A DNA stretch of 64,000 nt, taken from positions 32,001 through 96,000 of IMG/VR virus record IMGVR_UViG_3300028832_000112; one strand, 5' to 3'. A model generated the notes under the pieces. It was not told the DNA's origin, did no database searches, and saw nothing but the letters and a program-made list of their open reading frames with translations. The position numbers and the translations under genes are program-made. This stretch comes from a virus. Taxonomy: Duplodnaviria; Caudoviricetes. Shown in pieces: positions 21,348-30,978 of the stretch. Each line of letters begins with the position of its first letter. Within the stretch, counting starts at the first letter, position 1.

Positions 21348-21823
21348 GGAAATTGATGCCAGTCTTTTTCGCCGTCCTACTGGTGGTGTCCTTGGCCCGT
21401 GCGGTAAGGATGGTTAAAAAGATTGCCGCTGGCACGGCGGCTGGCATCGCTGACTTCTACTCCCAGATCAGCATAGCCGACAACTACTATGTCGGCGTTA
21501 TGGTAAATGCGTGGAGTAAAAACGGCCCGATTCGTGTCGCATATCTATGGCGAGAAACCGCCACTAGGGATCGGCAGCTCGCTGATAATGTCAAGAACTA
21601 TGTCGCTAGGCAGATTCCGTCGCTAAAGAGCGAACTGGTAGTCAAGAAGGCGTCACCAGTCAAGGATTCTGGCCGTGCGGATATGCATATAGGGTCGATG
21701 TCGATGACTCCGGGTGTAACCGCCCAAGAGAAATTTATGCTCAGGACGGCATCCGCCATATTGTCCGCTGGTAAGATACTGCGCGAGGCACTAAAGAGGA
21801 AACCGAAATGGGACGACTTGTAA
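21344..21823 (+). CDS. hypothetical protein with signal-like N-terminus
   Basis: MRKLMPVFFAVLLVVSLA. Confidence 0.55.
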   Translation: MRKLMPVFFAVLLVVSLARAVRMVKKIAAGTAAGIADFYSQISIADNYYVGVMVNAWSKNGPIRVAYLWRETATRDRQLADNVKNYVARQIPSLKSELVVKKASPVKDSGRADMHIGSMSMTPGVTAQEKFMLRTASAILSAGKILREALKRKPKWDDL

Positions 21824-22494
21824 GCATGACATCGTGGCGTGGAAGAATCCACCGTGTCGCTGACACTGTGGCTACCATACGCGCACACGCGAAAAATGCG
21901 CACATCGTCCTTACTCTTGCCGAGGACGAGTTCGAAGGCGTCGGACTGCCTGAGCTGGGCGTGGACGAAGTCATCTGGTGCCCAAGGAACATAGGCCCAT
22001 TCAAGAAGGTGCTGTACACGATGCGGCGCTATCCCGGCTGTCCAGTGCTGTCGGTCGACGACGACATTAGTTACGGACAAGTTGTCGATGCAATGTATGG
22101 CATGCACGAACGATACCCAGATGATGTTGTCAGCAACTTCCCCAATGTCAAGACTGGCGGTATCAGTCTGCCAAACGGATACGCTACTCTGTATCCGCCG
22201 AACTGTCTGGACGGCGCACTGGAGCTTCTGACGGACAGAATTGTGGCGACCAAGAACGACGATGCGTTCTATGGGCTTATTTTAATGGAAAAAGGATACA
22301 AATTCCGTTACGCAATGCGCCACGATATTGCTATATTTGACAAAGACAACGACGGTTTGCACTTGCTGATGAAGTACCACGGCAACGAAGACATCAAGGT
22401 CATCGTATCCGAGCTGTACAAGTCAGGCAAGTTCAACCCGACCGACCCAACATTCATCAGCAAATACCCAAAGGAGAAATATGTCCTACAATAA
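21808..22494 (+). CDS. GT-A fold glycosyltransferase-like protein
   Basis: VSMTSW..RI, GPFKK, SVDDDISY (DxD), DDAFY. Confidence 0.7.
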   Translation: MGRLVSMTSWRGRIHRVADTVATIRAHAKNAHIVLTLAEDEFEGVGLPELGVDEVIWCPRNIGPFKKVLYTMRRYPGCPVLSVDDDISYGQVVDAMYGMHERYPDDVVSNFPNVKTGGISLPNGYATLYPPNCLDGALELLTDRIVATKNDDAFYGLILMEKGYKFRYAMRHDIAIFDKDNDGLHLLMKYHGNEDIKVIVSELYKSGKFNPTDPTFISKYPKEKYVLQ

Positions 22495-23320
22495 TTTCAA
22501 CATCGCCGTGTTCGAAAGCACGATGAAGAAAATCAATGACACGCCGTCCATCTACAAGGCGGTGGAAGCCGCTACGGCAGCCCAGAAGTATTACTTCGGC
22601 GACGCACCAGCACCCACGGTCGACCGTTTCGAAAAGCCGTGCGAACTCCGCTTGACGCGCAACCGCACCGTCGACGCTGGCCGCAAGGTGCTGAAGGACG
22701 ATCCGACCGCCAAGGTCGCCATTCTCAACTTCGCAAGCGCCACTCGACCGGGCGGCGGAGTCACCTCTGGTTCCTCTGCACAAGAAGAGTGCATCTGCCG
22801 CGTGTCTGGCCTCTACAAGTGCCTCACTACTCCGGAAGCCGTCAAGCGCTTCTACGACTACCACAAGACGAGCGTGGGCCCTCTGCACAACGATGACATC
22901 ATCTACACGCCGAACGTCCCCGTCTTGAAGACTGACGACTACGACTTCCTCGACGAGCCAGTCTACCTCGACGTGATCACTTGTGCAGCTCCTAACCTTC
23001 GCGAGAAGAACGTCTCCCAGTACAACCAAGAACGTGAACCCGCGCCGGACATTTCCGACGACGAACTCTACAAGCTCCACGTGAGCCGCGCTCGCCAGAT
23101 CCTCAACGTCGCTGCCGCCAACGGTGCGGACGTCGTTATCCTCGGTGCATTCGGCTGCGGTGCATTCCGCAACAAGCCGGAAGTCGTCGCCAAGGCTTAC
23201 GCCGACGTCGTGCCTGACTACCTCAAGCAGTTCAAGGCTATCGAGTTCGCCATCTTCTGTCCGAAGGGCAAGCCGACCGACAACTACGACGCCTTTAAGG
23301 CTGTCTTTGGGAGAAAGTAA
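22481..23320 (+). CDS. TIGR02452/DUF2263 bacterial PARG-like macrodomain hydrolase
   Basis: LNFASATRPGGG...AQEECICR, IYTPNV, ITCAAPN, LGAFGCGAFRN. Confidence 0.93.
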   Translation: MSYNNFNIAVFESTMKKINDTPSIYKAVEAATAAQKYYFGDAPAPTVDRFEKPCELRLTRNRTVDAGRKVLKDDPTAKVAILNFASATRPGGGVTSGSSAQEECICRVSGLYKCLTTPEAVKRFYDYHKTSVGPLHNDDIIYTPNVPVLKTDDYDFLDEPVYLDVITCAAPNLREKNVSQYNQEREPAPDISDDELYKLHVSRARQILNVAAANGADVVILGAFGCGAFRNKPEVVAKAYADVVPDYLKQFKAIEFAIFCPKGKPTDNYDAFKAVFGRK

Positions 23321-23321
23321 T

Positions 23322-23774
23322 ATGGTCGAGTTCCATCCGATTGACATGTACTTGCATTGCATCGAGACTGCGCCGATATTCCTCAAGCTGTTCTTCATCG
23401 TTGGCGGTGCTTGTATCGTGCTTCTGCTTACTTCTTTGGCCCTCATGCTGATCAACATTGTTTTCGACTGTTTCTCCGTAGAACATTGCTGGGATCCGTT
23501 CAGGTTCGCCCATCTGGTGACAATCTTTCCAGTTATGCTTCTGTTCATCGTGTTCCGCTTCTACGTCCAGCGCCGCACTAAGATGACGTTCTACGTGTTC
23601 GCATTTACCCAATGGGAACGGCCAATCATCGAATGGCTTGGTTGGGGATTCTCGGAACATTACTGGACTGTTGAGTACCAGAACGCTTTCGGTGCCAAGT
23701 GGGAAGGCGCTGACCTCGATACGACCGTGTATCGCAGACCAGACGACGTAGGCGAAAAGACTATTTTTGATTGA
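23322..23774 (+). CDS. membrane protein
   Basis: two hydrophobic segments. Confidence 0.65.
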   Translation: MVEFHPIDMYLHCIETAPIFLKLFFIVGGACIVLLLTSLALMLINIVFDCFSVEHCWDPFRFAHLVTIFPVMLLFIVFRFYVQRRTKMTFYVFAFTQWERPIIEWLGWGFSEHYWTVEYQNAFGAKWEGADLDTTVYRRPDDVGEKTIFD

Positions 23775-23782
23775 GGTAGACA

Positions 23783-24577
23783 ATGAATATTACACTCCCC
23801 AAAGACCTTCAGAACACTACTGCCGTGTACAGCCATGTTCTGGATCTGTTCGACTCGATGGTTGCAGACCGAGCCGTTACTCTGTCCAAAACGGAAGAGT
23901 CTGTGACTCTGTTTGGCAAGGAACGCAAGTTTGTATTCAACATGGACTTCAGCGTAGAGCGCCGCGCCTCATTTCCGGTGCATCCAGAGGATGGCTTCAG
24001 TGGATCCCTTCCAGTCAGTTGTAGCATGCTGATGGAAGAATATGTCGCTAATTACGGCGACATTATCCAGCAAGCTATCGATTTTGTCGATCCGGACGGT
24101 GCTGGAAAGGTTCCTACAAGTGACCATGGCATCACCGAAGACGATATCCACAACTACCAGATCGACTGGAACAAGTGGCACGACACCGTCAAGGAATCCT
24201 TGGATGCGTTCGAGTTCGATAATGCCGCCGAGACTTGCAAGAAGCTTGGTCTGACTTGGTTCCAGGAATGTGACGAGGACGACCTCGAAGTGAAGGCTGG
24301 CTATCTTCGTGAAGACATCGAGCAGATTGTCGAGCGTCTGATTGCCTTGCACGAACTCAACTGGGACGGGAAGACTCTCGGCGAGGACGGCTACAAGATT
24401 TTCGACAAGTGTCACGCATATCGCGACACCGACGGGGAACTTTATGCCGGACTGAAGCTTCGCCAGACATCGAGCGAAAACTTCTTCGAGCCGCGCTTCG
24501 AAATCCGCTTGGTGAAATGCGAAAAGGACATTCCGTGGTTCAACATCAACCTGATTGCCGTAGGCCAGTTCTTTTAA
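23783..24577 (+). CDS. hypothetical protein
   Basis: GAGG SD, codon usage. Confidence 0.75.
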   Translation: MNITLPKDLQNTTAVYSHVLDLFDSMVADRAVTLSKTEESVTLFGKERKFVFNMDFSVERRASFPVHPEDGFSGSLPVSCSMLMEEYVANYGDIIQQAIDFVDPDGAGKVPTSDHGITEDDIHNYQIDWNKWHDTVKESLDAFEFDNAAETCKKLGLTWFQECDEDDLEVKAGYLREDIEQIVERLIALHELNWDGKTLGEDGYKIFDKCHAYRDTDGELYAGLKLRQTSSENFFEPRFEIRLVKCEKDIPWFNINLIAVGQFF

Positions 24578-24589
24578 AGGAGAGTATCT

Positions 24590-24934
24590 ATGACTCAAGT
24601 CCAATTCTACATGACTGTGCTTCAAGCGGTCAGCTTGATCCTTCTGTTATCTGCGGTACATGTATCCAACCTTTCCTTGAAGGAAGAAAACTTGGAGATG
24701 CGTCGTTTCCACTGTTTTGAAGTAATTTCGTTGGAAGCACTCGCAATCGCCGTGTCATTGATTTACACTATTGTAGAGTTCGCCGAAGGGTACATCGTAA
24801 TGCCGATTCTAGGTGTGCTAGAAATCGTGGCGGTGGCTGTCGGGATCTACTACATGGTTCGTTCGTATATCGGGTATGGCAAGACGATTGAGCTGATGAA
24901 GGAAGTTCCCAATGTCTCTAAGATGTCAAGCTGA
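24590..24934 (+). CDS. membrane protein
   Basis: three hydrophobic segments, AGGAG SD. Confidence 0.7.
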   Translation: MTQVQFYMTVLQAVSLILLLSAVHVSNLSLKEENLEMRRFHCFEVISLEALAIAVSLIYTIVEFAEGYIVMPILGVLEIVAVAVGIYYMVRSYIGYGKTIELMKEVPNVSKMSS

Positions 24935-25361
24935 AATGAACTGGTACGAGGTGGGCAAGGAAACGCCTCGTGAACATATCCTACTGTTTCTTGTTACCGA
25001 AGATGAGCCAGAAACTCTCTACACTGGTGTCTATACTGAAGGCGGGTTCCGTCTTAGTGGGCAACAGTGTGCGGTCTTGCCGCTTGCTGGCACGAAGTTC
25101 ACGCACTTTGCCTATGTGAATAGCAATATGCTGCCGAAGAACTGCAAGGAAGGCTGCGAAGGCAGCGGTTGGCACGTCACCAAGGACGATGTTCCTGAGA
25201 ACGACGAGCCAGTCGCCATCTATCCAAGCTTCCAAGGCCATCAGTTCGCCGTATGGAACAAGCACGAGCAGTGCTGGGATGACGAGTCTGGCGACGACTA
25301 CCTTTGCAAGAAAGACGAAGTCGCCAAGTGGTATCCAATCAACTGGGGAGGAGTCCTATGA
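24912..25361 (+). CDS. DUF551-like phage protein (tandem domains)
   Basis: WYEV..ETP / WHVT..DVP repeats, THFAY and AKWYP ends. Confidence 0.55.
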   Translation: MSLRCQAEMNWYEVGKETPREHILLFLVTEDEPETLYTGVYTEGGFRLSGQQCAVLPLAGTKFTHFAYVNSNMLPKNCKEGCEGSGWHVTKDDVPENDEPVAIYPSFQGHQFAVWNKHEQCWDDESGDDYLCKKDEVAKWYPINWGGVL

Positions 25362-25708
25362 TGTTTTTGTCTGGATTGGCCGGGTTCGCCTTGGCTTGGA
25401 TTATCGTCGGTATAGTGCATGCGGTAAAGACTCGCAAGAGTAAGAAACGGTACGAGTGGCTTGCCGAGGTCGACGGCGTTACGTTCGTGATCGATACGTA
25501 TGTGGTTGAATTGCTGTCCAAGGGTACTTTCGACGACTACTGCGACCGCCGCATCATCTTGAACAACATGCTGCAGTATTGCTATGGCATGATGGATGGC
25601 GGATGGAAGTCCGAGCATAAGGAAAAGGCGGCTCGTTGTGGCATAACCGTCGATACGGAGAACGAATCGCTCTCGTTCACGCTTTCGCCGTTGAATTTGT
25701 CTGAATAA
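25358..25708 (+). CDS. hypothetical protein, N-terminal TM
   Basis: GGAGGAG SD. Confidence 0.7.
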   Translation: MMFLSGLAGFALAWIIVGIVHAVKTRKSKKRYEWLAEVDGVTFVIDTYVVELLSKGTFDDYCDRRIILNNMLQYCYGMMDGGWKSEHKEKAARCGITVDTENESLSFTLSPLNLSE

Positions 25709-25727
25709 TATTTCGTCTCATAATAGG

Positions 25728-25756
25728 AAAGGGCCGGACAATGTCCGACCCTTTTT
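25728..25756. terminator. bidirectional terminator between convergent genes
   Basis: AAAGGGCCGGACA-a-TGTCCGACCCTTTTT. Confidence 0.75.
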
Positions 25757-25774
25757 GTTTGATTCAAGAAGAAC

Positions 25775-26533
25775 TTACTTGAGATAACTCGACAAGAACT
25801 CGTTGTGTTCTTGTTCGATCTTGATGGTTTCGTTGTTCTGGTCGATCATCTTCTGGATTTCTTCCTTGTCGTATTCGAGGAAGGATTCTTCGATGAAGCG
25901 AGCAATAAAGCGGTCGATGGCGTCGCCGTCGAAATCTTCGATCTTGTCGGCAGTGAGAACCAGAAGTCCGTCGCAGATGTCCAAGTTCGTCGGATAGATG
26001 TCGATCGAGTAGACGAACTTGCGCATGTACTCGTTGTAGATAAGCGATTCGTACAACGATACCTTGTTGTAGTCTTTGGACATGTAGTCACCGAGCTTGG
26101 GGCTGCGTACGCAAAGTTCGGTCTCGTTGCTGTAGACCTTGTCGGAGAACCCGGCTTCCGGCTTGACGATGAACGGCATCTTCATGAAGTAGTTGGTGCC
26201 CTTGACTGGACGGAATCCGCCCTTGTTGTAGATGGACTGTCTGGTCTGCTCGTAGCATTCTTGCGTGTGCTTGCGCTTGGCGTCCATTTCTTCCTTCAGC
26301 TTGCCTTCCTTAGCCAGTTCGATCTTGTGTTCGATGTCGTTCACGATTTTGATCATTTCGGCCTCGTACTTGGCCTTCCATGTCTTCTCGCGCCAGAGGA
26401 AAAAGACCTCGTAAAGTTCGGAACAGACAGTGGAACAGCGGATAGCCGTGTCCATTCCCCATTGTCCGTCGGCGGCTCGTTCGTTGCACCATGCGCTGAA
26501 CTGCTTGAAGGTCATTGATTCGTATTTGCTCAT
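25775..26533 (-). CDS. hypothetical protein
   Basis: GGAG SD, codon usage. Confidence 0.8.
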   Translation of the reverse strand: MSKYESMTFKQFSAWCNERAADGQWGMDTAIRCSTVCSELYEVFFLWREKTWKAKYEAEMIKIVNDIEHKIELAKEGKLKEEMDAKRKHTQECYEQTRQSIYNKGGFRPVKGTNYFMKMPFIVKPEAGFSDKVYSNETELCVRSPKLGDYMSKDYNKVSLYESLIYNEYMRKFVYSIDIYPTNLDICDGLLVLTADKIEDFDGDAIDRFIARFIEESFLEYDKEEIQKMIDQNNETIKIEQEHNEFLSSYLK

Positions 26534-27261
26534 TTGTTAGTCTCCTTGACTTTGTTGGGTTTCTTTTGGGCGAGTTTCTTCTTCGGCTTTTCGATGGCAT
26601 GCAGCTGCTCGTAGATTTCGTGGAGGAATCCCTTGATGGTATCCACGCAGCTCTGCTCGGTCATTAGGCCGAACTCCAGCGTAGTCGCGGTCTCGTCGCT
26701 GGAAAGGATGAAGTGCGAAGGGTCGTCGAGGTCGCGGAAGTGTATTCCGCGCAGCGATGTCTTGTAGGTGAACTGCGCCACGCCGCTGTGCGAATATGCG
26801 GCGAATGCGTCGCTGTTGCGCTGCATGTAGTTCGGATAAAGACCTTGGATGAAAAGACGGTCGTTGATGATTTCTACGGAAGTGACTACTCCGAAGAACG
26901 ACTTGCCGACGTTGAACGAGAACTTGACTGTCTTTCCGATGCCGTTGTCCTTGAGGTACTTCAGCTTGCCTTCAATGAACGCCTTTGCGGCCTTGTCAGC
27001 TTGCTCGATGGCCAAGTCGGAGATACGGCTGTCAAGCAAGGACAGCGTATTGGTTAGTTTGTCCTTGAGTATCTTCAGTCGTTCAAGGTCTAGTTCGCCA
27101 GTGCCTTCGGACAAGATGTTGTCGACGTTGCTCACCCAAGTAGTGGCGAGCTTTCCGTTGGCCATGGGGAACACGACCATTCCGTCGTCGCGCTGGATTT
27201 CCTTCCTCGCGTGTACCCGCTTGCCGAGTCTAACTGTTTTCTGTTTCGAGACTTGAGCCAC
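26530..27261 (-). CDS. hypothetical protein
   Basis: GGAGG SD before GTG 27261. Confidence 0.75.
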   Translation of the reverse strand: MAQVSKQKTVRLGKRVHARKEIQRDDGMVVFPMANGKLATTWVSNVDNILSEGTGELDLERLKILKDKLTNTLSLLDSRISDLAIEQADKAAKAFIEGKLKYLKDNGIGKTVKFSFNVGKSFFGVVTSVEIINDRLFIQGLYPNYMQRNSDAFAAYSHSGVAQFTYKTSLRGIHFRDLDDPSHFILSSDETATTLEFGLMTEQSCVDTIKGFLHEIYEQLHAIEKPKKKLAQKKPNKVKETNK

Positions 27262-27299
27262 GTTGCATGCCTCCAAGTTAGTAAAGTTTAATTTGCATT

Positions 27300-27695
27300 T
27301 CAACCGAAGAAGGCGAGTAATGCGCCCACGCCGCAGCCAATCAGGAATGCGATGATGTACTGTCCGATATTCTTCCAGTCGAGCTTTTGTTTGTACGGCT
27401 CGGCTTCGTCACCAGCTCCCCAGTAGTCGAACGCGAGGATGACGCCGTCTGGGTTAGGGCCTTGCGCGACGATGGTCTGCACGGCAAATTCCATATCGTC
27501 CGCCGAGAAAGTCGCCTCGAAGATTTCATTCAACCAGCCAGCCTCGTCTTCGTGTGACTTGTTAAGAATGTCTTCGATCTGCGGAATGACTTGCGTACGG
27601 AACGCTGGTATTGCACGAGAAACGCCGGGTGTGGATTCGGCGTCGTCGATAAGGGTCGCGGTCTTTTTCTTGGGGTCGATTTTTACTTTCAGCAT
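27300..27695 (-). CDS. hypothetical protein, C-terminal TM anchor
   Basis: GAGGA SD; reverse promoter upstream. Confidence 0.7.
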   Translation of the reverse strand: MLKVKIDPKKKTATLIDDAESTPGVSRAIPAFRTQVIPQIEDILNKSHEDEAGWLNEIFEATFSADDMEFAVQTIVAQGPNPDGVILAFDYWGAGDEAEPYKQKLDWKNIGQYIIAFLIGCGVGALLAFFG

Positions 27696-27719
27696 AAGTG
27701 TCCTCGATAATTTGACCGA

Positions 27720-27782
27720 AATATAGCAATATAACGAAATTATGGCAAACGCATTGCCAACATTTTGCAATATTGCTATATT
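27720..27782. promoter_or_regulatory. back-to-back divergent early promoters
   Basis: TTGCCA-N17-TATATT on both strands. Confidence 0.8.
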
Positions 27783-27787
27783 GAAGG

Positions 27788-29192
27788 CAAACTTTTCATA
27801 AACACAGCCGTCATTCAAGATACGAATGATAATAAACTTTATTATAGAATAAGTTAGTGGTATTTCTTGTTCTGATAAAAGAGTTTTTCGGTGCTCCGGT
27901 GACGTTAAATACCACAATAGGCGTTACCGGAGCACTTCTTGTTTGTATGATAACGACCGCCCAGAAGATAATGTTGATAGTCGATAGCAAAACGGCAAGC
28001 GCGTTGAATCGCGCATGCGGCTGTGCTCGCTATGCATACAACTGGGCTAGGGATGCATGGTTTGCCAAGAAGGCCGCTGGGCAAAAAGTTGTGACGTGTG
28101 CAGAACTCCGCAAGGAGTTTAACGCACAGAAGTCTGACTGGATGTACGAGAGTCCAAAGGGCTCTATGGATCAAGCTATCAAGAACTTCGTTCTTGCCAA
28201 GAAACGGCATTACGAGAATCCAGAATTGTTCGGGTTTCCCAAGCGAAAGAAATACAAGTCAAACCGCTCATTCTACATAGAGAACGATAAAGCGAAGTTA
28301 ATGGATGAATACCACATCAAGCTTCCCAAAATACCGAATCCAGTTAGACTGGCAGAGTCAGTACGACCAGAATGCCTATCCGGTAAGATAAACAACTTCG
28401 TCGTATCTAAGGGAAGCAACGACCGTTGGTACATCTCGATATCCTATACTTACGATGACACAAATAGTTTGTACGGAACTGGTGAGAATGGCCTTGTTGG
28501 CATAGACATTGGCGTTAAGACGCTGATGCAACTATCTACCAGCGAATGCGTCTCCAACGAGCATATCAACAAACGGCATTATAAGCGACTTAAACGATAT
28601 CAAAGGATGATGTCCCGCCGTACATACAATTCAGTCCACTACAAGGACATCAAGAAGACTTTTAATAAGAAGAATACTTATATAAAGAACTACCGTAAGG
28701 ACTTGATACATAAGGCTACTACAGAGATAGTCAAGCATAATATGGTCGTGGCCATAGAAGACTTGAATGTAAAGGGTATGATGTCCAACCACAAGTTGGC
28801 GTCTGCAATTTCGGACTGCGGATTCGGCATGATCCGTAGGTTCCTAGAGTATAAAAGTGCCAAGTACGGAACGCTGCTCTTAAAAGTCGGGAGGTTCTTT
28901 CCGTCTTCAAAGAAATGTTCCGGATGCGGACATGTGAAAGAAAACCTTTCATTGTCCGAACGAGAGTTTATTTGCGAGGAATGCGGACTGGCTATCGACC
29001 GCGATACCAACGCCGCAATCAACATACTCGCCGAAGCCTTGTTCAATGAACTAAATAAGAGATTCAATACCGACATTGCCCGTCGGAAATTCACGCCAGC
29101 GGACTTGGTAGCTCTGGCCTCTTCCCTTTCGGGAACTGGTGAACCTACCGAGGTCGATGCTCATCGTCTACTTACCAGAGATGGTAGGACGG
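27788..29192 (+). mobile_element. non-autonomous IS607/IS200-605 superfamily TnpB element
   Basis: tnpB without tnpA; GG at both junctions; excision restores promoter-7nt-ATG. Confidence 0.65.
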
Positions 29193-29263
29193 CTATGGTG
29201 GACGATTTCTTTAATCGTCTATGGAACCAAGTTGCCAACGCAACCATAAATTGCTATATTTAA
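27947..29263 (+). CDS. tnpB: RNA-guided endonuclease TnpB
   Basis: GCARYAYNW, GIDIGVK, IEDLNVKGM, FPSSKKCSGCG..CEECG, DRDTNAAINI. Confidence 0.95.
   Translation: MITTAQKIMLIVDSKTASALNRACGCARYAYNWARDAWFAKKAAGQKVVTCAELRKEFNAQKSDWMYESPKGSMDQAIKNFVLAKKRHYENPELFGFPKRKKYKSNRSFYIENDKAKLMDEYHIKLPKIPNPVRLAESVRPECLSGKINNFVVSKGSNDRWYISISYTYDDTNSLYGTGENGLVGIDIGVKTLMQLSTSECVSNEHINKRHYKRLKRYQRMMSRRTYNSVHYKDIKKTFNKKNTYIKNYRKDLIHKATTEIVKHNMVVAIEDLNVKGMMSNHKLASAISDCGFGMIRRFLEYKSAKYGTLLLKVGRFFPSSKKCSGCGHVKENLSLSEREFICEECGLAIDRDTNAAINILAEALFNELNKRFNTDIARRKFTPADLVALASSLSGTGEPTEVDAHRLLTRDGRTAMVDDFFNRLWNQVANATINCYI
29076..29212 (+). ncRNA. putative TnpB omegaRNA scaffold plus guide
   Basis: structured region after the RuvC-III codons, terminal hairpin CGTC..TTACCA-gaga-TGGTAG-GACG. 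Confidence 0.5.
29232..29260 (+). promoter_or_regulatory. early promoter
   Basis: TTGCCA-N17-TATATT. Confidence 0.75.
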
Positions 29264-29316
29264 GACCTAGACAATACAGTCTATATCTTTATATACTTTT
29301 TAGGAGGCAGCCTATC

Positions 29317-29514
29317 ATGGGTGTTATTGAAATCTGGACTCTCGTATCCATCATCCTTCACTTCGCTGGCGTGGAAAACTTCAAGGACTGGCCAGTCATC
29401 GCATGGCCGACCACTTGGTCTTGCATGTGCCTTGAACTCTGGATGCTCATCGTCTACGCTGTAATCATCGTCGGCGTTGTCATTACGGCAATCTTCGCCG
29501 CGAGAAAGCGATAA
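29317..29514 (+). CDS. small membrane protein
   Basis: AGGAGG SD, two TM segments. Confidence 0.7.
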   Translation: MGVIEIWTLVSIILHFAGVENFKDWPVIAWPTTWSCMCLELWMLIVYAVIIVGVVITAIFAARKR

Positions 29515-29789
29515 TGGCTGATTACTTTAAGACATTTACTCCAGTTATCGACGGCAACTATACTGCGATTGTCGACGATAACGGAGTAGAAGTATTCCGC
29601 TATAATCATGTACAGGTGGCGATGATGCTTACCCCAGAGGAAATACAGCATGCCACAACACTTTGCCTCCAAGATCGCATACGCGGCGGCTGGAGAGGCG
29701 ATATCCTTCATCCGGAGCCTTACAATGTCACAGAAGCTAACGATGACGCTGTTCCGCGAATTCTTCCAGAACAAGGTCAAGAACATTGA
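29514..29789 (+). CDS. hypothetical protein
   Basis: TAATG coupling; overlaps next ORF by 140 nt. Confidence 0.5.
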   Translation: MADYFKTFTPVIDGNYTAIVDDNGVEVFRYNHVQVAMMLTPEEIQHATTLCLQDRIRGGWRGDILHPEPYNVTEANDDAVPRILPEQGQEH

Positions 29790-30105
29790 GTGGCCGTCGT
29801 TCAACATGATGAAGTCCTCTGGACGAATCGTGGTGGACATCGCCGAGCCGCTTTCCTATGGTGCGACGGACGAGCCGTACCACGGAATGTTCACGATCAG
29901 CTATGACACGAAAACCAAGTATGCCAAAGTCGTAGGGGAAATGTCCGACCTTCCGGACAGTCCCAAGAACCTCGACACGGTTGAAGACCTCGACAACTTC
30001 TATACCGAGTTCTACAACAAGCTGAAGTCTCGCGTCGTAAGCGTCAACTGCCACCTCGAAATGGACACCTACTGCATGCACGGCGTCGAAAAGGACTACA
30101 CATGA
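29650..30105 (+). CDS. hypothetical protein
   Basis: GAGGA SD, good codon usage. Confidence 0.7.
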   Translation: MPQHFASKIAYAAAGEAISFIRSLTMSQKLTMTLFREFFQNKVKNIEWPSFNMMKSSGRIVVDIAEPLSYGATDEPYHGMFTISYDTKTKYAKVVGEMSDLPDSPKNLDTVEDLDNFYTEFYNKLKSRVVSVNCHLEMDTYCMHGVEKDYT

Positions 30106-30869
30106 TCATCCGATTCTACTCTCCGATGACGGTGAAGTGCGAAACTCCGCGCTACGTCATCCCTGGCGAACTGGTGTCCGTTCTGGACTCGCTTCCGGTC
30201 AAGTGCCAGAAGCATTTCGACGACATCGCCGAGTTTTTCGGCGAGCACTATCTCATGGAAACCCACGAGAAGAACTACGCAGTACATTCGGTAGTTCCGA
30301 TGCCTTGCATCCACAACGCGCTTCCGTACATCTGCTGGCTCGTCGCCGTCGAAGTCAAGTTCAATCCAGACTACAAGCCGTTCGACGTGCAGCAGTGCAT
30401 ATTGGAACTCCGAAAGGCCATCGACGGTCAGATCTCTGACGGCTGGGGAGAAGGCTTGGAACAGGAGCACATCAATCTTCAAGGCGACGTGTATTCCGTA
30501 CGCTGCAGCGCCGTCGACAGAGTCGCTTGGCCGGGAATCTGGTGTGACGGAACTACCTTGTTGCCGTGTACCGATACGCTGTATGGAAAGGCTGGCGTCC
30601 GTCCTACGATGATGCGCCACGGCTGGCTCGATCCGGAAGCGTTCGACTATCTCTGTGCCGACATTCTCCGCTGGGTTCAGTCTACGGATGCAGTACGCAA
30701 GTGCGTCAAGACCGTGGACTCGCTGATCGAGAACTACAAGGTCGACGCACCTTACATCCAGTCCACGATCGACTGGCTCCGCAAGCGGACTAATGACACT
30801 GATCGTATCAAACAATATACAAAGGTGTACGACAAGATGGAAAGGGTACGCCATGAAGGAATAAAGTAA
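30102..30869 (+). CDS. DGQISDGWGE-motif protein (paralog of 50765-51622)
   Basis: shared motif and N-terminal IRF.SP/AP. Confidence 0.75.
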   Translation: MIIRFYSPMTVKCETPRYVIPGELVSVLDSLPVKCQKHFDDIAEFFGEHYLMETHEKNYAVHSVVPMPCIHNALPYICWLVAVEVKFNPDYKPFDVQQCILELRKAIDGQISDGWGEGLEQEHINLQGDVYSVRCSAVDRVAWPGIWCDGTTLLPCTDTLYGKAGVRPTMMRHGWLDPEAFDYLCADILRWVQSTDAVRKCVKTVDSLIENYKVDAPYIQSTIDWLRKRTNDTDRIKQYTKVYDKMERVRHEGIK

Positions 30870-30976
30870 TGTCAAAGAAAAAGATGATTTTGTGCGCCGC
30901 TGGCGTTGTCATCGGTGTCCTCGGTATCGGTTTGGCGAACGCCACCATGTACTGGATCACTGCCACTAAGGAGTAA
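30869..30976 (+). CDS. 35-aa membrane peptide (not in ORF track)
   Basis: MSKKKMILCAAGVVIGVLGIGLANATMYWITATKE; TAATG coupling. Confidence 0.55.
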   Translation: MSKKKMILCAAGVVIGVLGIGLANATMYWITATKE

Positions 30977-30978
30977 AC

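Noticed and set aside
27788-29192. IStron (group I intron plus IS) interpretation of either TnpB element
   Set aside because: Only about 150-160 nt precede tnpB in each element, and no group I core elements or tnpA are visible
29193-29212. TnpB guides targeting other sites in this window
   Set aside because: Only short chance matches (such as TGGTGGACGA in ligA) were seen by eye; a full-genome search is needed
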